A DNA stretch of 64,000 bases from Rhynchobatus australiae (taxonomy: Eukaryota): the NCBI GenBank assembly GCA_034780895.1, contig JAUZTB010000135.1, positions 80,659,451 through 80,723,450 of the forward strand, given 5' to 3'. Shown piece by piece: positions 1-10,545 of this stretch (within the stretch, counting starts at the first letter, position 1; each line of letters starts with the position of its first letter). A model generated the notes under the pieces. The model was not told where the DNA came from. It worked only from the letters and a program-made list of their open reading frames with translations, and searched no databases. The translations under genes and the position numbers were made by a program.

Positions 1-51
1 TGTACTTCAACAGATGGTCCACAGAAGATATAATTAGGAAAACTTCCTTAC

Positions 52-156
52 CCTTTCTTCGGCAACATTTAATGCCATCTTCAAAAATGGATAAACTGGT
101 TCAAGCTTGCATGGTGCGTGGTGCACCCAGTTTTTCAAGGGTTTTACAGAAGAATC
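52..156 (-). CDS. stau2: Probable stau2 internal exon (insert exon 4), DSSVKPLKNWVHHAPCKLEPVYPFLKMALNVAEER
   Basis: Minus strand tttttgcacctgttccag|GAT...GAAAGG|gtaagg. 105 nt, phase 0 to 0, only this frame is open. Compatible with the upstream exon 35328-35391 and with the phase-0 AALSALK exon expected beyond the window. Confidence 0.6.
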
Positions 157-589
157 CTGGAACAGGTGCAAAAATCTTTGCATTTTTAAAATCAATCCAA
201 CATTGATTGTAGGCAAATGGCAGGTTCACCTAATGAAACAGAGCAGTCTAATACACTGCTGAAGTTTAAGTACAGGACCTTGTGCCTGGTCATGGTACAC
301 ACCTGTTGTAGACCTAAAAATGAGCAACACATAACTTTTACACTAGTGCATTTGCACAACATTTGCAAATACCAGAGAGCTAGATTTAGCATCATCCTTG
401 ATCATGGTCTTTAGAATTGTAAAGTCAAGAAATAACAAAGTTTTGGGGATGGGTGGAGCAGGTGGATGGCAAGTTGTTGGTGAGGAGAGGATACTGAGAT
501 AATGAATTACATTACCATGTTGTGGGCCCTCCACTACTATGACTACCTATAAATTACACACAAATCCAAAATGTCAACAATGGGGAAGT

Positions 590-745
590 AGGTAAATTAC
601 TGAAAGATCAGGGGATTGAGAGCTATGAGGATCTGGCACAGAGGAGTTGTTTTGGCCTGGGGTAGGTCAGCCATGGTCATTCTGAGTGGTGGGGCAGGCT
701 TGAGGGACCAGGTGGCCTACTCCTGGTTCTATTTTCTTGTGTGTA
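590..745 (+). mobile_element. CR1-type LINE 3' end fragment
   Basis: tcagccatggtcattctgagtggtggggcaggcttgagggaccaggtggcctactcctggttctattttcttg resembles the typical elasmobranch CR1 3' tail. Confidence 0.55.
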
Positions 746-974
746 CACTTTGGTGAAAAAATTGTTAGTTTACAAGTGATTCACAACAGTAGCCACATTG
801 TTTTAAGGGATAAAAATCCAAATCTTTGAACAATGTTCTTTATTTAATGTGGGATTCCCTCTTTTAGTGCACTTTTCACTTTAAGTCCAGTCCTAAACCA
901 AAACAGTTATCATTTCCTGTATTCTTCTGCCCTCATTTCATTTATTCATTTCACAAACTTGCTTTGTACCCTTA

Positions 975-1060
975 TACCAACCTACATATTTCTGCTGAGC
1001 TCCTCCAGCAGTTTGTTTTTCGCTCCAGATTCCAGCATTTGTAGTCTTGTGTGTCCATGA
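975..1060 (+). mobile_element. Penelope-like element terminal-repeat fragment
   Basis: ctgctgagctcctccagcagtttgtttttcgctccagattccagcatttgtagtc; same family as the copies near 15000, 27300, 31350, 36184, 46460 and 55650. Confidence 0.5.
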
Positions 1061-2539
1061 TGTCACAAAGTTCACCCCCTGATTATCCTCTAAACCTCTT
1101 GATATACAGTTGGCAAAATTTTACAATTCAATTATACATATATTTAGTTACTAAGAGACATTTTGCTGCAGAAATTGGGGCATTACTTGAAATCAGAATT
1201 GTTATACTGTACTTGGACAAATAAAGAAACTTTAAAACACGGCTGCCATCAGCAGCGACGTGCTCGGGCTAGCTGTGATAGAGGAAATGTAGTTCCTTTA
1301 AAAATGGACTTTAAATAATAAATTTCAGAAACTGCCCACACATAAGAGACCACTCTAGAAGCAAATATACAGCAGCACCATAATTTGATTTTTCATACTT
1401 TTATGTTCTTTCCCTTGTTCGTGGTTGTATTACTTCAATGACAATGTAGCTCACTCTCATCTTTGCTTAGTTCACAGGTTAGAACTACAAGGTTTCTGCT
1501 CTGGATGATGTAAATATCCAAACAATTAATTTTCATCCTGAGGCATGGAGGAAACTCTGTGATTCATCCTGTAAAATAATTCTCAGAATATTCTGTAAAG
1601 GACCTCATGGGCTGCAAATCCTTTAATACATTTAAAGAGTCAGATACATCTCAGACACCAAGTTCAGGCACAGACCTTTAATGTACAGAAGGGTTTTGGA
1701 GCGTTTCATGTAGGTATGAACAGGGAGGAGGAGTTGGGGTAGATTACTGAAACTGTAGTCAGAGGTTTCATGGAGATGTTCAGCCAGGAACAAGGATTTG
1801 CATTGAGACTTCTGAGTTTGTAGTTGTGTTGAGAATTCCAGTTTCCAGTTTGTAGGGTGACAATCAATTATGACTCTTGTCAAAAACAAAGTAGATTACT
1901 ACAGTGACCTTGGACGATGTCAAAATTCAGGTTGGAAGTTGGGTTAAGAGACAGGGGATGTTGAACAAGTCAGGTGGGGGGGGGGAGCTCAGGGAGGAAG
2001 AGTTTTGAACGCAATATGTTTGGATAAAAGAACCAATGGAGACCTTCATCGACTGCTGTATGCAGAGGATTTTACAAGGAATAGGTTATGATTTTTCAAT
2101 CATAATAACACCTCAGGAAAGTCCTGGAATGCAATGGATATGGGTAGCAAGGACAAAACAGACATAGAATCCCAGTTATTTGGGTAAATGATAAAACTCC
2201 TCAGCAATTTCACCTGAAATCCCAGGCAACATTTTTTCCTCTCAGTAGATAGAAAATCAGAACAATTCACTTTCTTGATGGCTGCTGTACATGGGACATT
2301 GTTGAGTGCAAAATGGCTGCTATATTTGCTCACATTGCACTCTCTGCAATTGAAGCCCTAGTCCCAATCAGTTGGCTTTGTCAGAGAGGCCATGTTGTTT
2401 GCATGGCTAGCCCCAGAACAGACACTCTACTCAGCTCTGACATGGGGAGGATTACTGGGCAGAAAGAAGAAAGATTCAAGATGTACTGCAACCCTTCTTA
2501 AAGAAACAAAACATTCCCACTGACTCCTGGGAATCTCAA

Positions 2540-2682
2540 AGTCAAGTTTACAGTCATATGCACAGATGCCCACATATGCACAGTTGCAATGAAAAACTTA
2601 CTTGCAGCAGCATCACAGGCACATAGCATCAGGTAAGCAACATTCATAAGAAAAACCTAAATTAACATAAACTATACACAAT
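2540..2682 (-). mobile_element. Rex/Babar-type LINE 3' tail
   Basis: Reverse complement of the tail at about 22900-23010 (tgtgcctgtgatgctgc.gcaagtaagtttttcatt). Confidence 0.6.
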
Positions 2683-2699
2683 TCGCTGGTCTGTAACCA

Positions 2700-2930
2700 C
2701 TTACAATGGAGAAAGAGCATACTGGACGGTACTGGGAACCTCGAGGTCATGCATCAGGAGCACACAGATGCCACACGTTAGAGGCTGAAGAGACAGACCA
2801 GCTCAGAAACTACCCATCTGCCTGTTCCATCAGCCACCACAAACCCCATGAATTCTCACATTGGCTTTATCAGACACCTCAGAAAACTGGAATGGAGGTA
2901 AATCACCCTCCTTAAGCAATCCCTCAGAAT
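2700..2930 (+). mobile_element. RTE-type LINE 3' end relic
   Basis: cacattggctttatcagacacctcagaa...ggaggtaaatcaccctc resembles the RTE 3' end at about 54040-54110. Confidence 0.4.
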
Positions 2931-4599
2931 GAAGTAGTAGTAGTACTCAGAACACTTCACTGCACCTGGAGAGCTTTGAAATGCTTCCGCTTGAGATGGT
3001 GTAGAAGGTTTGGGTACAGGGCCGAGTTTCATTCAAATTCTATACAGGATGGCTGTTGCTGAGTTGTATCGATGGTCGTGTCGTTAAATTGCTGGTGGTG
3101 CATCATTTTCTGCCCTTCAACTTGTTTGCTTCTGTGTATGAATGTCACTCTACCCAAAGACTTCTGAAGATTGATTACACTTTAATATCCAGAAAGTTGC
3201 TGAGCGCTTGATTTCCCCTGCAATGTTAATAAACTTTAAAATCGTTGTCACACCAAAGTGACCACTGGGTAGGCAGGGCAAAACCTGTAATTCTGGACCT
3301 TGGCCGAGAACTTGTGGGTGACATGCTCTCAGATGACTGCGTGGCACAGACCAGCCATTTGGGCCATAGGCCTGACACAGCAAACTTCAGTTGTGCCCAA
3401 AGCCTCTGGGGCAACCGAACTGGTTTCACACTTTATCCTCCATGGGCTGTGGAATGCAGGTGGAAAATATTCTGTCCAATGCTTAAGGCCAAGTCTGGTG
3501 AAGTCAAATGGTTGGCAGTCAGAGGCCCTATCTGGGCATTGGGGAGGGAGGATCTGGTTGGAAATCAGGATTGAGGCACGTGGGAGGAAAGTGTGGTAGA
3601 TTGGGGAGGGGAGGTAAGGGGGAACTGGGTCCACAGGTAGGGACCCAAAGAATATCTTCATGATACTAGACTATGAAAAAACGGTTGTACTGGGAGTCCC
3701 CAATAAAGGTCACTCCTGCAACATCATGGATTAATTTCCTTAGGAGGATACAAGGAAAATTATAATCATCTGATGAAATCACGTCAGATACACAAACACA
3801 ACCCACACAAGGAAGTGCCCAGATAAATTTCCAGAGTGACATAAAATAGCCAGAAAATTGCCATTTCTGCATTTTCACAACTGAACATTTTTAATGTTTA
3901 GTACAACCCACAACTACGTTGCCAAGTCAACTAAGTTGAAAATGGATTTTTTTTCCCCCAAAAAAGCACTTTAATGTTTTTTGAGCCATAGTTTTTGACC
4001 TTATGGGCATTTTTTTGTTCAGAGGTCAAAGGGTGGGGTGGTAGAACACTGCTCCAACTGGTCAGTCTGCCACCCAACTGGACATCTTGATGCAGCTTCT
4101 GGCCTGTTGCCAGGAACATACTGGTGGCACCTGGAAACCATTTCGGGGATGAGTTGCTAACTTNNNNNNNNNNNNNNNNNNNNNNNNNNNNNNNNNNNNN
4201 NNNNNNNNNNNNNNNNNNNNNNNNNNNNNNNNNNNNNNNNNNNNNNNNNNNNNNNNNNNGTGCCAATGTACATCTGAAATTGTTTCACATTGGCACAAAA
4301 GCGTCAAATTAGGCAGAGACTGAAAATCATTCGCTATTTTTGGTTTTAGTTTCTCTTGTATTGCTTCAACCCTCCTTCTCATTTTGGTTTGAAGATGACA
4401 GAGTTATTCTAGTTGCAGTAAACATACTGCAACATCTTGTGCTAGAGACATGTCACAAATTAAGGCATTTTCCAGAAATATCACAGAGCCTTCAATAATT
4501 ATTTTTTTAGGTTGGGGAGTCTGGATATTAATGCAAATATGACATCTATTTCAGATACAGCAAGATCTTACAATTATTAATTTGGTTTTTATGGTTTTG

Positions 4600-4745
4600 T
4601 GTGAAGGAGTATACTTGGTTAGCAGACAAGACTAAAGTGGCGTTATGGGAACATTTACCTGAACAACTGGAAGAGAAGGCTTGGCCTTGGTTTAATGCCA
4701 CATCTGAAGTACACCACCTCTAACAATATGACACAGCCACTGTAT
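4600..4745 (-). mobile_element. Deu-domain (SacSINE1-like) SINE relic
   Basis: Reverse complement reads cagatgtggcattaaaccaaggcc...cagttgttcaggtaaatgt, matching the Deu-SINE core also seen at about 10270-10320. Confidence 0.45.
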
Positions 4746-5285
4746 GGCAATGGATCATTGTCATTGCTGGATCCATCCAGTGCTCTCAGCCATTTCTTGA
4801 TATGGTACAGAGTGAATAAAATTGGCTGCAGACTGGATTCTGTGATGGAGGGCAACTCAGGAGGAAACAGAAATGGATCAGTTATTTGACATTTCTGGCT
4901 TATCATAACTGCAAAAACTGCAGCTTTTTCTTTAGCATTCACATGCTGCTAGACTGGCCCTTCACTGAAGATGGAGATGTTCTGGGAGCCTCCTCCTCTG
5001 GTTAGCTGTTTACTTGTCCACCACCATTCACAACTTCATGTGGTGGGATTGCAGAACTTTGATCTGATCCGCTGGTTGTGAAATTGCTTGGCTCTGCCTA
5101 TTGCATGCTTTTGTTTAGCAAGCAGGCGGTCCTGTATCGGAGCTTCACTTGGCTGGCACCTCATTATTTTTAGGTATGCCTGGTGCTACTCCCAACAAGC
5201 TCTTCTGTTCTCCTCATTGAAAAGGTTGACCACTTGGCTTGGTAGTAATGGTAGAGTGAGGAATATGCCTCAAGTAAAGAAAAGG
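4745..5285 (-). mobile_element. CR1/L2-group LINE ORF2 fragment
   Basis: ORF 4655-4942: NAKEKAAVFAVMISQKCQITDP...SLQPILFTLYHIKKWLRALD, the region just before the RT domain in shark CR1/L2-group LINEs. Confidence 0.6.
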
Positions 5286-7379
5286 TAAAGAACATCTTCA
5301 GGCCATGGACTGGAGTTCAATTATTTCAGTCCAGTTTCTAATTTATTAATCCTTACGGATGTCATTCAGCCCAAACCTTATCCAATGTGATGCACATGTC
5401 TTATAGTCACCCGAACCAAAATCAGTGCTTCCACTGGATCAATGGGTCCATCTAACAGCTTTTTATAGCAGAATACTGAGCAAAACCAGAAAGAGGGTGA
5501 AAGGTATGTAGGATGGCTGAGAGGTTTGTAAAGTTCACAGACAAGGATACTCTGAGATAAGTGGTGCTGAGATCAGTAGTGCATCTAGATCCCTCTCAGA
5601 GACTGAGTTTGTGCTCAGAGGGTGACAGGATTAGTCCCCTCCATGGCATGCATGTGCTGACTTTATTCTATCAATTTCTCTTTCATACATTGATTTTGGC
5701 ACAGAAAGAGATGTACATTGCCAATTGTAGCTAGTCTGACAATGCTAAGGAGCTTTTCATCCAGCAACTACGAGCAGTTTCTAAAAAGAAATCTAAAGAT
5801 TGTTTGAAAGATAGATTTTCTGAAAAATTGAAAATTACAAGACCCATCTCCTAATTAATAATTTTCCAAAGATGTGCTTGGTAACCCTGTCTCAGTATGG
5901 CTTATTTAACCAAATGGTACCTGGTCTTCTAATAGATCTGTCTGCACTGTTATTCTCTGCGAGGTAACTTTTCCAAACCACTAAATGTCTGTNNNNNNNN
6001 NNNNNNNNNNNNNNNNNNNNNNNNNNNNNNCTCAGAAAAGGAGGAACTAACATAAATCTTGCAGCTGACAGAAATCCCGCTGTGCTCATTTGAGGAAGCT
6101 CTTGGAAAAAGTACTAGGGCCAAGATACCTGATGGGCACAAAGACAGATGTGTACATTCAAATCCCCTTTACTCTGAGTGTATTCAGACAAGTTGCAAAA
6201 CAATTATTAGTTAGAAATGGGAGACTTTCAACAACATTATTAAAGAGATACCGAGAATATCTTCTTATATAAGTAATGTAGTTCAAATATTCCAGTGTTA
6301 TAAGCTAAATGGAAAATTATCTTAAATTTAAGTTTGTATTTAAGTAAAGCAGGACGTATCATAGAACTTTACTTATCCATTAATTTAAAACAAATGTAAC
6401 AGCATTAGGGTTAGTAGATAATACTTTTCCGAAGCAGGACCTTCAGTAATGTAATGCCAATAAAATATATAATGCACAGCACAAACATTGTGCAGATTGT
6501 GAAGTTTAATTGAAAAAGCTTAAACGACTGCCTTTATCTTGCCTTGCACAGCAGGATTTTAGACTTAATATTTAAGTTTATTTGCATAACAGTTTTCGTA
6601 CACAAAGGCTATTCAAGGTGTTGTTCNNNNNNNNNNNNNNNNNNNNNNNNNNNNNNNNNNNNNNNNNNNNNNNNNNNNNNNNNNNNNNNNNNNNNNNNNN
6701 NNNNNNNNNNNNNNNNNNNNNNNNNNGTTGTTCTTGGTACAACTAATGAAAATGAGTTAATGTTCCATACTCTTTTTCCGTTCCCTCTAAAAGGCACCTG
6801 TTATAACTGCCTCCTAATCCAAGGATCATCTGACTTGAGTTACAGAAAAACGAACATCTTTGTTTGCAAGGCTCATGTGAAAATCAACAAATGGATTACT
6901 TACTATAAAAAGTAGTTAGTACTAAAGGATTTTAGTCTTACTAAACAAAGGATTAAGTAGAAATTTTATCTTCTCATTTAAGTATTTTTGTATTCATTGA
7001 AACCTGTCATTTAAACTTTTCCAAATATTATATTTTACACTTTTCTGCCATATTTCTTTATTAAACTTGTCTGTATGCCAAACTGTTCTCTACTGCCATC
7101 CTCATCGCTCTGTAGCCACTTGAGCCTGTTACATGGGCATAACACTCAATTGGGAGAGGATCACCTTCAGTGGGTTATGGACAGACCTGGCCCAAATAAC
7201 CCAGGATATATGACTGGTTGCAAAAGTTTAATGACATAATGGACAGCCTTTAAAACATGGATGGTTTTGGTAATTTCACGCCAGGCTGCAAAGTAGAATA
7301 ACCATGTTAGAGTTCTCTGGATGGCGGAGAAGTTAAAGTACGATAAAGAAGGGAAAGGGGGTAAATGAGAGATTAAGTT

Positions 7380-9318
7380 GTTAACACAAAGGCTAAATGT
7401 AGAAATTAAACAAAGAAAAACACAAAGGAGGATAAAGTAAGATTATGAGAGTAGACCGCCAACTAACATAAAAAGGAAGTCCAGAATTCTTTTGCAGACA
7501 TATCAATAGTACAGTTAGGTGGAGGGGTGGGTCAAAATGGACCTGCTGATGGAGGCAGAGGCATGCCTTTAGTACTTAATTAATAATTTACACCTGTCTT
7601 TATGAAGGAAATCGCTTCTGCCATAGTAACAGCAAAAGAGGAGACTGGAAAATGATTTAAAAAAAAGAGGTATTAGAAAAGGTTGGCTGTACTTAAAGTA
7701 GGTAAGTCATTAGGTCCAGATGGGATTCTTTCAAGGATGCAGAAGGGAAACTGCAGAGGCTATGGTTATAGCCTGCCAATCAGTCTAAGATATGGGGATG
7801 TTGTCAGAGAATTAGTAAGTTGCATATGTTATACCCGTGTTGAAAAGGGGGAGTAGTGAAAGGGTTAAACCAAGAACTGCGGGCTGGTTATTTTAACCTT
7901 GGTGGTGGTGAAGCTTTTGCAAATAATAAATCAGGGATAAAATTAGCAGTCATTTGGTAGAGAATAGTTTAACTAATGGAAGCATGCACTGATTTGTGAA
8001 AGGCAAATGGTGATTAACCAGTACTTTGACAGAGGTAACAGAGGATTGATGAGGTCAATGCAGTTCATGTGGTAAGAACTTTCAAAGAGTGTTTATAAAG
8101 TGCCATATAATAAACTTGAGCAAGATTGAAACTCATGGAATGGAAGGAATATTGGAAGCAAAGATAAGAATACAGCTAAATGACAAAAATCAGTTGTGCT
8201 CAATGCTGTTTCTTCAGGTTGTAAGAAAATGGACAGCGGTGTTCCCTGGGATTGGTGTGGAGCCTACTTCTGATTAATATTCATGGATTTGGTTTTGCAG
8301 TTGACAGTTTCAAAATCTGTAGACAACACAAAACCTGGAAGTATCATAAATAGAGAGCAAGATGGTGACAAACAGCAGCAGAGCATAGAATGTTGAATGG
8401 GGAACATACAGCAGATGAAAGTGTGAAAGTACTGTGATAAATTTTGGTAGGAAACACAAGGAGAAGTGAACTATGTAGATTACAGATCTAAGACAGATGC
8501 AGGAACAGATTGTACATGCACAAAATCTTCAAAGGTGGAAGGGCACATTGAAAATGTACACAAGATCCTGGGCATCTTATGTTATAACAAAGCTAGGATT
8601 GTTCTACTTAGAGCAGAAAGGGTTGAGGAGAGTTATGAGAGAGGTGCTCAAAATGAGGAGTGACTAGACAAAGAACGGTTGTGTTGCGGTTAGTGTAATG
8701 CTATAGCAGCGCCAGCGACCCAGGTTCAATTCCGCCCACTGTCTGTAAGGATTCGTACGTTCTCCCCGTGTTTGCGTGGGTTTCCTCCGGGTGCTCCAAT
8801 TTCCTCCCACATTCTAAAGATGTACAGGTTAGGAAGTTGTGGGCATTCTCTGTTGGCACTGGAAGAGTGGCGACACTTCAGGGCTGCCCCCAGAACACTC
8901 CGCGCAAAAGATGCATTTCACTGTATGTTTCGATGTACATGTGACTAATGAAGATCTTATCAATTACCACCGGCAGAAGAATCAAAACCGCAGGATATGG
9001 ATTTAAGGTGATTGGCAAAAGAACCAAAAATGACACGAGGAAAAACTTTCCTTCACAAATGGTTAGCATCTTGTGTATGCTGTCTGACAACATGGAGGAG
9101 GCAGATTCAATACTGGTTTTTAAAAGTGACTTAAATCAACACTGAAAAAAGAATTGCAAGGTTACAGGAAAGATTGAAGGACTGGTNNNNNNNNNNNNNN
9201 NNNNNNNNNNNNNNNNNNNNNNNNNNNNNNNNNNNNNNNNNNNNNNNNNNNNNNNNNNNNNNNNNNNNNNNNNNNNNNNNNNNNNNAAATGGCCTAATTC
9301 TGTTCCTATGTCTTATGC
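7380..9318 (+). mobile_element. Degraded CR1 LINE (RT region to 3' tail), interrupted by a SINE
   Basis: Degenerate KSxGPDG (aggtaagtcattaggtccagatggg) and HGFVKGKxxLTN (gatttgtgaaaggcaaatggtgattaacc) motifs, GYGFKVIGKR-like C-terminus, and tail aaatggcctaattctgttcctatgtcttatg. Confidence 0.7.
8676..8961 (+). mobile_element. tRNA-derived V-SINE, near full length
   Basis: A-box-like gcggttagtgtaatgc, B-box ggttcaattcc, V-domain ttctccccgtgtttgcgtgggtttcctccgggtgctccaatttcctcccaca, and tail gtgactaatgaagatcttatc. Confidence 0.85.
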
Positions 9319-9765
9319 TCACCAAGACTGTGTACAATTGCAGCATGACATCCCAGCTCTTGTACTCAAATCCTTTCCAAAGAAGGCCAACATACCATTT
9401 GCCTTCCTAACTGCACCTGCACAATTACCTTCAGTGACTTGTGTACAAGGACCCAGGCCTCGGTACATCCCCAACTCCCCCCATCCTCACCTTTCACCAT
9501 TCGGTATAATCTGCCTTCCTGTTTTTGACACCAAAGTGGATAACCTCACATTTGTCCAGATTACACTGCATCTGCCCACTTCCTTAACCCATCCAAATCA
9601 CACTCCTCCTCATGGTTCGCACTCTGACCCTGCTTTGTGTTGGAAGTACAAGATTTAATTCCCTCATCCAAATCATTAATGTATACTATAAATAGCTGTG
9701 CTCCCAACACTGATCTCTGCAGTATCTGTCACCGGCTGCCACTCAGAAGACCCATTTATCCCTAG
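9319..9765 (-). mobile_element. CR1 LINE RT/C-terminal fragment
   Basis: Reverse complement gives KANGMLAF- and EYKSWDVMLQLYTVLV-like CR1 ORF2 motifs (latter part visible in ORF 9131-9346). Confidence 0.65.
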
Positions 9766-10139
9766 ACGGAAATAAGTAATAGATAATTTTAAGGATCACG
9801 TGTTGTACAGTGTTGCTGACAAAATTGTCAGTGAGTAGGTAAACATGAGGAGTGCATCAAGAAGAATAAGTCAATAATAAATTACTGTGTACTGGTGGAG
9901 AAGTGGTTCAGGAGTAGATAAAGTACAGAGTGTTATGCAGATGTAAGTGTATTAAATTAATTATAATAATTAATAAGTTTGTGTAACAACATACTTCGCA
10001 GGAGTAAGAAAGTAATAAATTACAACAGAGTGTGAAGATGTGACTCATCTGAGAAGCCAGCACAGACTCAAAAAGCTGAATGGCTTCCTTTTCCTTTCCT
10101 GTTACAACTCTATTAGTGTTTGTTAGGGTCATATGCATT

Positions 10140-10545
10140 TCAGTTGGTCGAACCCATAGCTCTGGCACTTCGGGTTCAGTGTCCCATTCAAGAGGCTGTG
10201 AATTAAAATCTAAGGCAAAACTCCAATGCAGTTCTGAAGGAAAGCAGCAACAGTAGAAGTGCTGCCTTTCTGATTTGAAGTTAAACTGAGGCTTATTTGG
10301 TTTCTCAGGTGGACGTTAAAGATGTCACTATTTCAAAGAAGAACATTCATCTGTCAATCAAATATCTCATTAGAATAAAGAAGGATTATGTGGTCAATAA
10401 CACGTTGCTATCTGTGGGAGTTTGATGTGTACAAATGTCCTGCTGATTCCTACATTACAAATCTACTTCAAGCGTATTGGCTGTAAAAGAGCTTTGGGAT
10501 GTTCTGGGGTTGTAAAAGACATATCAGTGTCAGTCATTCTTTCAT
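10140..10545 (+). mobile_element. Deu-domain (SacSINE1-like) SINE
   Basis: gctgcctttctgatttgaagttaaactgaggc...ctcaggtggacgttaaagat...ctatttcaaagaaga...ttggctgtaaaagagctttgggatgt: Deu-SINE core plus tail. Confidence 0.65.

Noticed and set aside
3150-3661. Cluster of overlapping 67-110 aa ORFs
   Set aside because: GC-rich degenerate sequence with no protein motif or consistent splice structure.
4260-4296. 10-bp inverted repeat gtgccaatgt/acattggcac beside a gap
   Set aside because: Short enough to arise by chance in 64 kb, and any extension is hidden in the gap.
8676-8745. tRNA-like A/B boxes
   Set aside because: Head of a V-SINE, not a tRNA gene; no cloverleaf.
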